In this document: piece by piece, positions 52,861 through 64,000 of the stretch
Position numbering within the stretch: position 1 is the first letter of the stretch
How the letters are laid out: every line of letters begins with the position of its first letter
Assembly: GCF_009914755.1 (NCBI RefSeq)
Contig: NC_060928.1
DNA length: 64,000 nt
Direction: 5' to 3' (one strand)
Source of the DNA: the human T2T-CHM13v2.0 reference genome, Homo sapiens
Position numbers and translations under genes: made by a program
Notes under the pieces: model-generated
Databases searched by the model: none
Told to the model about the DNA's origin: nothing
The model's input: the letters and a program-made list of their open reading frames with translations, nothing else

Positions 52861-54416
52861 GGATGAAGAATGTTCATACGGATTCTGTTATCTACTATTT
52901 AACCAGGTAAAGAGAAATGCTCCAAATAGTTTACGTGTTTACAATACATGTTTTTGAATAAATGAATGAATGGCAAATGTATGTTATAATAATTTATCAA
53001 TTGTATAGAAATAATAGATGATTAGAAGAGAAAGAAAATAATTGCATCAGCTTTGTAATTCATTTCGGAAAATTTTAATTTCTGCATTCTTTTCAATTTT
53101 GCGATAGAAGCCCAGCATTCTCACTATAACCTACATACTTAATATAGATAAAGCTGATATAGATCTGCCTTGTGGTGAATCCTCGAGAAGAATTGCCAGG
53201 GAATGGTACCTGTCATTAAAAGATATTTTTCAACTCATCTAGACAGAAGCGTAAACACTTCTGTTCTAAATAGTCATAATAACTTGTTCTTCCTTTTCAA
53301 ACCCCTGTCGAGACACAGCAAACTTAAGTAACATATGTTAAGTAATATATATGCAAAGTTATACACATACATATGTGTTTATATATACACACATATTTTA
53401 ATTTATGTATATTATTTTCTGTCTCTACTAAGAGAAACACAATTTTTATGTTTATATTTTTAAAAACTATATTTGTTTCTTATTCTTCCCTTAAATAGAA
53501 ATTTACTCTTTGGGCAATTTCATTCTTCTTTTTGTTGGATGAATTTCCCTTCTCTTGAATCAGAATTTGTATTTTTATGATTTAATTGACTTTCTCATCA
53601 ATCAAATCATAGGCTAAAAGTGAACCTTTGAACTGCCTTCATAGTGACTAATTTCTTCATCCTCATTGCAGAATCATTCACCATAATTTCACAGCATTAA
53701 TTTTAATGATCATTACACATCAAAATAATCTGAAATATATAAGCAGATATATGATCTCAAATTTATGTAAAAATAAACATAAAAAAGAAAAAAAATTAAA
53801 TGTCTCAAATTTTAGATATTTTATAGTTATGTGCTCTATAGATTTGAGTGTACATATTCAGAACTATAAAAAATATTGATGTTCATAAATGTGGCATTAT
53901 TAAGTGATATTAGGAAAAGTTATAGTAATACTACAGTAGGTACTTTCTGTTGTTCATAAAATACACTTTATTGGTTCCTTTTTCCCCAAGGTAGAATACT
54001 AAAGTTTTGCGGTTAATTTCTGCAGGCATATATATTACTAGGGTTCTTAGTAGCAGTCAGCAGAGTCTACTCTAACTAGTTTAAGCCAGAAGTGATTTGA
54101 TAGTCACTGAAAGACATAACAGACGGAACTATGTGACAGAACTGGGCCATTAAGAAAGTTGTTGTCTCAAGTAATATGAGCAATCTGAAAATGATTTACT
54201 ATTTGACACTCCAGAACCATTCATTAAGCCGCTGTGTTAAGAAACTGTGTGATAGATCAGTAAGTAACTATCTCTGTTGCAGATCATGCCATGTCTGCCA
54301 CAAATCACACTAGCAAATAGGTACTCAAACTCTTTCTTGTGATTTCACTTAGTTCCAAATCAAAGTCATGTGCATAGAAGAAAGCTATGTGAATATGGGT
54401 TAAGAAAAATGTATTA

Positions 54417-54741
<325 letters not shown>

Positions 54742-55196
54742 TTAAAAGACACATCTAAGAAAATTTAAAAGACAAGCAATAAACTCAGAGAAAATATTTG
54801 AAAATTATGTCTATAAAAGGACTACTATATCTGCAATATCTAAAGAACCTTTACCACTCAAAAATCAGAAAACATACAACCCAATGAAAAATCAGCAAAA
54901 TCTTTGAATAGATATTTCCCCATAGAAAAACATGGAAAGATGTCCAACATCACGTTGGAAATGAGTTTGATAGTTTCTTTAAAAGTTAAATTTAAATCTA
55001 CCATAGGACCCAGTAACTCTACTCGTCGATATCTACCCACCCGAGTTATGAAACTATATGTCCACACCAAAATTTATAAGCAAATTTCCATAGCAGCATT
55101 ATTAAAAATGCTAAAAATTATAAATAATCCAAATGTTTGTTACCTGATGAATGAATAATCAAGATGTGGTATATCCATGCAGTGCAATACTGTTAA

Positions 55197-55498
<302 letters not shown>

Positions 55499-55628
55499 TG
55501 TTCAGCAATTTTTTTTTTTTTAATATCAACACATGCTACAATATGGCCGTGCTTCCAAAAAAGCATACCCTGTTTAATTCTATTTATATGAAATGTGAAA
55601 AGCAAATCTAGAGACAAGAATATTAGAA

Positions 55629-55970
55629 GGCCAGGTGCCAGTGGCTCATGTCTTTCATCCCAGCACCTTGGGATAAAGAGACAGGGGGATCACTTGAGTC
55701 CAGGAGTTTAAGACCTGTCTGGGCAACATAGCGAGACCAATTTCTAACAACAACAACAACAAAATCCCAAAAACAAACAAACAAACAAAGCTCCCACAAA
55801 AACTAGCCAGGCATAGATAGCAGTGTCACCTGTAGTCTCAGCTACGTAGGAAGCAGAGGTAGGGGAGGATCATTTGTGCCCAGAAGATCAAGGGTGGCAA
55901 TGAACCATGATCGTGCCGGTTCACTGCAGCCTGGGTGACGGCCAGACTGTCGCTTAAAAAACATAAAACA
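55629..55970 (+). mobile_element. AluJ with expanded (AAC/AAAC)n linker
   Basis: GGATCACTTGAGTCCAGGAGTTTAAGACC; diverged right arm. Confidence 0.88.
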
Positions 55971-56469
55971 AACACCACAATGTAGATTAGGTTTCCTGGA
56001 ATGTTGGATGGAAACAGAGATGACTGCAAAAGGGCAAAAACGAATATTTGGGGGTAACGAAAATATTTTAAAAACTGAACTGTGGTGATGGTTGCACATT
56101 GTGAATTTACCAAAAATCACTGATTTGTATCCATAAAATAGGTGAATAAAAGAAACAGAAGAATATGTATAAAAAAGCCAGGATAAATAAAGTTTCGGTT
56201 TTTTAATTGAAGAAATAAAATTCTATGCACAGTATATTTTTTCTGTGCTGTTTATCTTGGGAAATTCTTTGAGCACTGACTCATGTATCTTCAAATGTTT
56301 GAGAGCCTGCGATGTGTATTTCAATGTATACACTTGAATATATATGTCTCATTTGGCTTTATGCTAAATAATTATTCTAAAACATTACTTTAAAAATTGA
56401 GTCTATTACCATTATTACACTTTTTGTATGTGTTGATTTTATTTTACAAAATAAATCCATGACTCTTGT

Positions 56470-56815
56470 CTCATTTAATTTTCACAGCATTTTTGTAAGT
56501 TAGGTGATAATATTATAATTATAGTCAAACCTTTCTATCTGTTTGATCTGGATAGCTTATTTAGCCATTCTAAGTTATTTTCTTATCTGAAAACATGGAG
56601 GTATTAATATTCTCATGTCACTAAGTTATGGAGCATTGTGTGAAATAGTATTTGGAAAGTACACAGAGCACAGCCCTACACAGTGAGCACCAGACATTGT
56701 GTATTAAAAAACAAATCTTTTTATTATCATTAATAGAAGTATTATTTTTAGCAATGAAGAAGCTGAAACTTCCACAGCCAAAGTGAATTGCCCAAGCTCA
56801 CATAGCTACCAGATG
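56470..56815. mobile_element. MIR cluster (sense MIR within or next to an antisense MIR)
   Basis: TCTCATTTAATTTTCACAGC; ATCTGAAAACATGGAG; GAATTGCCCAAGCTCACATAGCTA. Confidence 0.55.
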
Positions 56816-57908
56816 CAACATACTATATAACATGTGTTTCCATCACATCAACATCATAGCTTGTTCATACTGATGTAGGTTCTATGTGGGCATTAAAACT
56901 GCTGGTGTGTTTCAAATAATTTTTATTTTATTCTACTATGCTTATAAATATAGTAAGTTGTATGTTTAAACTTTTTTGTTATTGACCTGAATTTCAAAAC
57001 TATATCTAAACATGTCAATCTTACAAGTGTGTGTATACACTTTTATAATGTGTTTGTAAAGATTTTCCTTTAGAAAATATTTTTGTATTGAAAATAATCT
57101 TTTCCATCAAATAAGTATTTTCTGTATATTCATAGCACAGAAGAATGTTACTTAGATTCAATTGAATAGAAAGATTTATCTATAGATATCAGATAGCTTG
57201 CTCAATTTTAATGAGTGCAGAGTGAGTTTCAAACATCAGTCATTATAAAACTATATATATTTAATTTTCTAGTATATTTTACAATCAGGAATCTGGTGTC
57301 TTTGGAGGATTATTTTCTATTACAAACTTGGTGAGCCTTCTGATATAGATCCTTTCTATATTCTTAAGAAATACTTACATTTAAATTTAAAAATACTTCC
57401 GATATTGTTATGGACGCTATTGTATCAACTGTATTCTTCAAATGACTGTATTTTGTGCTGGTCTATAAATCATAAATACTAGAATATTTGCAGGCTTCAG
57501 TTTTCATTCTTGGCAAATATTCCTAAATTTTATTACATAAAACCAGGATTAACAGCATGAATATTAATTTGGTTCTGGTCCTTTTCTCTCTTTGCATATT
57601 TAATTTTCATAATCTATTGACCTCAAGTTCCCATACTTATTTTATGAAGCTTTTTAAAATAATTCCAAATTGCATTCTGTGTGATCTATACAACTTGCAG
57701 TTTTAAAAAGGTAACTAGGGATTTCTACATAAATTGTGTAATTTGACCATAATAGTAATGTTTTATATGAAGAAGTTGAGTCTTTAATATACTAACCTCA
57801 GAAGTATTCAAGGAAACTCTTATATTAGTAAATGATTTTGAGATGTGAATTAGGTCAATGTCTTAAATTCTGGAATGGAGACAGGTCATTGTAAAAGAAG
57901 GGCACAGA

Positions 57909-58236
<328 letters not shown>

Positions 58237-58795
58237 CTAAAAACATATTAATTAGCTAGAAAAAATATGGAACGTATATTGAGCATGTAGAGTAAAAACT
58301 CATTTTATCTACATGGGAAATATATGTGGAAAATTCATGAGGTCTAGAAACCCAAAACTTGGCTTTGTTGTATTGTGAAATGATTTTGAAACCATCTGAC
58401 CTTATTGCGAGCCCACTATGAGCAAGGGAGTTTGATTAGGTCTGAGGGAGTGTGAGCAATATACAAAAATATTTTTTTCTGCCCTTAAGAAGTGTCGAAG
58501 TAGAAAAACAAATAGTAAAAAATGATTCAAATAGACGTTGAAGGCTTAAATCAGTTGATCCACAGCAGAGAGCATTATAAATCTAGGTAACACTTAAGAC
58601 TAAGCCACATATAGGGTTAGAGAAGAGAAGACGATGTGATTTGGGGTTTTCTCAGGTTGCTATTTTCTTTAACTTCTGCAAAACTTGTGGTTGGTACAAT
58701 TGCAAGATTGTTTTTCTTGTCTCTTTTTTGAGATCTTTGGTACGATTTCATTTTGACAGATGTCAGAACAGTTTTATTTTTGAGAACTGTTTGTC

Positions 58796-58896
58796 TGAGA
58801 CAGAGTCTCGCTCTGTCGCCTCCTGGCCTCAAGCAATTCTCCTACCTCAGCCTCCCAAGTAGCTGGGATTATAGGCATGTGCCACCACGCCTGGTC
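58796..58896 (-). mobile_element. Partial Alu monomer with internal deletion
   Basis: GAGACAGAGTCTCGCTCTGTCGCC joined to TCCTGGCCTCAAGCAATTCTCC. Confidence 0.85.
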
Positions 58897-59129
58897 TTTG
58901 TAAGACTTGTAAGAACAGGTATCAGAGACATCATTTTGGAGTGGAGAAAAATGAAAATTTTGCATTTTAACAAACTTTTCCAAAGTTATTCATCCACTCA
59001 CTGCTGACAGAGGAATTACTATTCATTCTGATATTTAGCCTAATATTTTGTTCACTATTAGATAGTAGGTGCTAGGTAGGCACAGCTAATGCAGAAGTTG
59101 CTTTTTTTTATTAATTTAACAGCTAATAA

Positions 59130-59620
59130 CAATTAACAAACAATTAAGCCTATTTCATGTCAAGTGTTATACTAGCCACTGGATATACTAAGGTGAGTGA
59201 AAATCATATGATTATGTTCATTAAGACTAAATCCTAGTGAAAGGAAACTGCCAATAAAAAGGTTAAAAATGTAAACGGTCCTCTGAAGTATCATGAAGAC
59301 AGTGTTCAGAATATACTGATTATAAAAGCATGGACAGAGAAAACCTGTTTGAGTTGTTAAATTACTTCTGGGACTTTAACAATGCTGAAGAAACATTAGT
59401 ATAGAGTTGGGGTAGTTGAGAGCAGATGACATAAACTTTGCAATTGTATTAATATTGAAAAACACACAAACGTTGGCAGATTTTCAGAAATGAACAGAGC
59501 CCAATGTGGCTAGAGAAAATGAGTGATAGATAGGTAGCTAGAAATGAGAAAGAAGAAGTAAGCAGGGATAGATACTAAAGGATCTTATATGGATGTAGGA
59601 GGAAGTAATTTTAATTTATT
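59130..59620 (-). mobile_element. L2 fragment
   Basis: ATGTCAAGTGTTATACTAGCCACTGGATATAC...GCCCAATGTGGCTAGAG. Confidence 0.55.
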
Positions 59621-59659
59621 TTAATGTATTGATAATAAATTAAAATTTTTCTTCTTTAT

Positions 59660-61345
59660 ATATTTATTCTTATTTCTAAAAACAGCTTTATTGAGAGAGA
59701 ATTGACACAACATACAATACACTCATCTGAAGGGTACAACTCAATGGTTTTATATCATGTTTATAGGTTATCAAAATGATCTAATTTAAAAATATTTTCA
59801 TTACTCCCCAAAAAACCCTGCACCTACTAGCAAGCACTCTTCATTCCCCTCAATCCTTCTCTCCTCACCAGGTCTAGACCACCACGAATATACTAATCTA
59901 CTTTTTGTGCCTATGGATTTTTCTCAGACATTTTGTTTAAATTGAATCATATAATATGTGGTCTGTTGTGACTGGCTTCTTTCACTTAGCATAATGCTTT
60001 CCAAGGTTTCCTTGGTATAGCTTATATCACGTACATAATTCCTTTTTATTGTTGAATAATATGTCATTGCATGACTATACCTTTTTTTTATTCATCAGTT
60101 GATGGACTTTGTAGTTTTCTCCTTCTGCACTATTATGAGTAAGATTGCATCATTGTAAACACTTTTCTGTGCTTTTGAGTATAGCCATCTTAATAAATAT
60201 ATATCATATTATATTATCTCACTGTGGTTTGGTTTTTATTTGCCTAATGACTAATAACGTTGAGCATCTTTTCTTATGTTTATTGGTCATTTGCATAACT
60301 TCAGTGGAGAAATGTCTATTAAAATCCTTTGTCTATTTTTAAATTTTTTTGTTTATCTTGTATTATTTTGTTTCAAGAATTCTTTCTATATATATATATA
60401 TATATCCTGATACATGTTCTTTTCTTTTTTTTTTTTTTTTTTTTGAGACAGAGTCTTTCTCTGTCACAAGGCTGGAGTGGCGCTATCTTGGCTCACTTCA
60501 ACCTCCACCTCCCGGGTTCAAACTATTCTCCTGCCTCAGCCTCCCGAGTAGCTGAGATTACAGGTGCCTGCCACCATGTCCAGCTAATTTTTGTATTTTT
60601 AGTAGAGACGGGGTTTCACCATGTTGGCCAGGCTGGGCTCAAACTCCTGACCTCAGGTGATCTGCCTGCCTTGGCATCCCAAAGTGCTGGGATTACAGGC
60701 ATGAGCCATGGCGCCCAGTCACATTTTTTATAAATAGATAATTTCACACGTTTTCTCTTATTTAGTAGATTCTTTTTACTTTCTTGATGGTGTTCTTTGA
60801 AGCTACTTATCTATTCTTTCTTCTGTCACTTGTGCTTTTGGTATTCTATCTAAGAAATCACTGCCTAACATAAGGTCATAAAGATTTACCCTGTGTTTTC
60901 TTCTAAGATTTTATAGTTTTAGCTTTTAATTGAGGTATATGAGTCATCTTGAGTTGATTTTGTGTGTGCTATGAGCTTCAACTTTATTAAAAAGCGTGTG
61001 TGTATTCAGTTGTCTCAGCATCATTTATTTAAAGACTGTTTTTTTCCTACTCAATTCTCTTGGCACCCTTGATGAAAATTAACTGATCATATACTTAAGG
61101 ATTTATTTTTGAAGAGTAAATTCAATTTTATACACACACACACATACACACAAATTTCCAAATGTCAATGACCGTTTGTTTTGATTACTGTAGCTTTTGA
61201 AAGTCTTGACATGATGAAATGTATGTTTTTCTTCTTTCTTCCTTTGCAAGGTTATAATGGTTATTCTGGTTCTCTTGATTTCCAGATGAATTTTAGAAAC
61301 AGCTTGTCAATTATTTTCCAAAAAGCAGCTGGAATTTTGATAGGG
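59660..61345 (-). mobile_element. L1MB-type 3' region with nested Alu
   Basis: AACAGCTTTATTGAGA...TGACTGGCTTCTTTCACTTAGCATAATG...TGAGCATCTTTTC...GCTGGAATTTTGATAGGG. Confidence 0.85.
60419..60720 (-). mobile_element. AluSx-like
   Basis: Dimeric antisense Alu with poly-T. Confidence 0.94.
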
Positions 61346-63410
61346 AGTATCTGTTCATTTTTCCTCATTCTGTTGTCTCTGTGCTCTTCATATTGCATAA
61401 TAGTCATTCATCTGTCTTCAATATTGCTGATACTTTCTTCTTCCAGCTCAAAACTATAGCTCCTTTAATGAAGTTTTTCCTATTTGTGCATTCTACTTTT
61501 CAACTCTAGAATTTTCATTTATACCTTATATTTTATAATTTTCTCTTTATTGACATCCTCTATTCAATAAAACATTGTCATTATATTATTTTTAAATTCT
61601 AAACATAGTTTATGTCTACTAAATATGCTAACTACAGTAATATTAATTTTTTAAAACTAAACTAGTTTAGGTCTTTAATGTCCAAAGGATGTTATAACAG
61701 CTGCTTTGACATCTTATCTGACCCACCTCAAAGGCAATTTCAGTTGTCTGCATTTTTTTTTCCGTTTGATAAGTCACACTTTCCAATTTCTTTGCTTGTC
61801 TCTTATTTTTTCACTGAAAACTGTGCACTTTACAAAACACTATATAGCAACTCTGGAGACTGATCTCCCCTTCTTTAGAGTTTGTTGTTGTTTTCTTGTT
61901 TATTTGTTTAGTTACTTGGCTAGACTATTTCAGTAAAGAGTATAAAGCGTCTGATATTCTTCAGAGCCCAAGGACATGAGTATGTACACAGTCTTCTGCC
62001 CTTCAAGGTTTGACTGGGTTAAGCCATGCTGTCTTTAAATATCATTTTCCTTGAGTTCCCCATTAAGCTTCTTGATGGCCTAGCCTTTACTAATTTCTAA
62101 ATGATGCCTCCACTGTATATTATTTTTTACAATCCCTGAGAATGTGTTGCTCCTGGTTCTAATTGATTGTAGTTAGGCCCTTTGGCAAAGACCACTATTT
62201 GAAATTTGGCCAGGCCCTCCATGGGGAGAACTTCTGTTCATGGAACAGTAGCAATTGGGAGGGAGGAAAGGAGATGAGTAGCGCATTCTCTATGTGCTAC
62301 CCCACTGTGAGCAGGAGCTGTGCATATGCACATATGAGGAAGGGGTGCAGGTGAGCTTAAAACTAGCACCACACCTGGCTGCTATAAACATGGTTTGTGC
62401 TGTGGTTTGAATGTCCCCATCAAAACTCATGTTGAAATTTAACTGCCATTGTAATGATATTGAGTTTGGACCTTTTAGAGGTGATGACATCATGAGGGCT
62501 ATGTGCTCGTGAATGCATTATTGTGGTAGTGGGTTAGTGATTGCTTGACTGGATTTCTGATAAAAGGATAAGCTTGGGCCCATTTCTCTTCCTTTTGCAT
62601 GCTGGCTTTTGTCTCTTGCTTCCATCATGGGATGACTCTCACCAGATGTCGGCACCATACCCTTGGACTTCCCAGCCTCCAGAACTGTGAGAAATAAATT
62701 TATCTTCATTATAAATTACCCAGTCTGTGCATTCTGTCATAGCAGCAGACAATGGGCTAAAATACCAGTATGAATATTTTCCAGCCAGATGGTGGGATCT
62801 GCTGGTGTTCACTGGCTGCTGCATCTACCTGAAATAGATTTTCTGTTCAAGGAAGTAAGGGAAGATACGAACTACCATGCAGCTGCCAAGCCCACTCTTT
62901 CAGCTTTTCTGCTACGTAGTGCTGTGCAGAAAAAAGGTACTATGCTGTTTACCAGCTGTCTTGCCTGGCTCCTGCCTACATCGTGGGAGTTTGTGGTGGG
63001 GGTAGGATATTGTCTGTCTGCTGCTACTGATTTGATGTAGTCCTTCTACAGAATGAAGCTGTGGAAAAATAGGATGTTCTGATAGCTTCTGTCTTCTGAA
63101 ATCATCCAGAATAGCTCTTTCATCCTAGTGAAGTGATAGCAAAGCAGACTTCCACATGGCCCTGAGCCTGCTAAAACATATCTTCTACAAAGCAAAGCCA
63201 TGGGGAGATGGGAGGAATACCTATTAGAAAGCCGTAGCTTCTCAATGTTCTTGCCAAGATTTCATAGATTTTCTTAAATAAATGTTTCTCAATCTGCTGT
63301 AAGTCCTTTCAGCAATCTTCAAGTAATCTGAATGATTGGTTTTGCTTAAATTTCAGCAGCATAATGAATGATGTTTCTCTAAGCATCTTATACCAGCATT
63401 CTGGAAGTCC
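61346..63410 (-). mobile_element. Old L1 (L1M/L1ME) ORF1 and 5' remnants
   Basis: TCTGTCTTCAATATTGCTGATACTTTCTTC; TACTTTTCAACTCTAGAATT; GCAACTCTGGAGACTGAT; ends ACCAGCATTCTGGAAGTC. Confidence 0.6.
62398..62764 (+). mobile_element. MSTD/MSTC-like MaLR LTR
   Basis: TGCTGTGGTTTGAATGTCCCC..AAAACTCATGTTGAAATTT...TGGACTTCCCAGCCTCCAGAACTGTGAGAAATAAATTT. Confidence 0.88.
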
Positions 63411-64000
63411 TGCCTCCAAATTTTAATTGGGGAATAATAGTTCTGACATATTTTCAAAAGTTCTAGGCATGACTCCTGGAGAATAAATTAAAGGAAACAA
63501 AAGTAAAAAGAAGGGATTCCTGGTAGGAAAAGAGTGCCGCTGTCCCAGTGAGAGATATTTGTGTTAAAAGTTGAGTTGAAGAAAACTGGGTAAAATCCAC
63601 ACATACATTAAGGGCAAATTTGATAGAATTTGCTATAGGATTAAATTTCTACATCTAGTGTCCCTAGATGGGTTGAATTTAGGTAGGTGTGCATGATTTT
63701 GTCTTTAATAGATGGTTATGTGATTTAATAGCATGAAAGAAAAAGCAGACAAATAGGTTTCAGCAATTTAAAGCAATAATTCATTCTAGAATATACTACA
63801 CAGGGGTGCTTGTCAGATAAAACTCTTATGGACATAAATATTTTATGGAGATAAATAGGTGGCTGTGGAACTTAAAGGAAAGATGGAATTTATCAATAAA
63901 TGTGTAGTGCATACCAACACAGAGATACGTTCTAGAAAAAGCAAAAACAAAGAAACAAACAACAGGAAAAGAAACATGACTAGAGCTCTAGACATTTCTC

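Noticed and set aside
54030-54410. Possible antisense MLT1-type LTR
   Set aside because: Only the first ~60 nt are suggestive

Overview
AT-rich primate (human-like) genomic DNA: Alu, L1PA, THE1/MST and HERV-K LTR22 elements are present, and I found no intact protein-coding gene, RNA gene or CRISPR array. Much of the window is interspersed repeats (Alu J/S/Y, L1PA/L1MA/L1M, L2, MIR, MaLR/ERV LTRs, Tigger/hAT MITEs), and most long ORFs in the track are Alu, L1, LTR or microsatellite read-throughs. The best non-repeat signal is a probable minus-strand non-coding first exon and promoter at ~6770-7310. It has a splice donor, a TATA-like box and E-boxes, and a motif I recall from sodium-channel (SCN) 5'-UTR exons, so it may be the SCN7A 5' end (unverified). 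A GC-elevated island at ~35300-36610 that I cannot assign may be a decayed retrocopy. The window also records several retrotransposition events: twin-priming L1 inversions, a micro 3' transduction, TSD-less junctions suggesting deletions, nested LTRs, a close inverted AluY pair and a two-state AT-rich palindrome. Repeat family names come from recalled consensus sequences, not a database search. I found no convincing novel multi-gene system.
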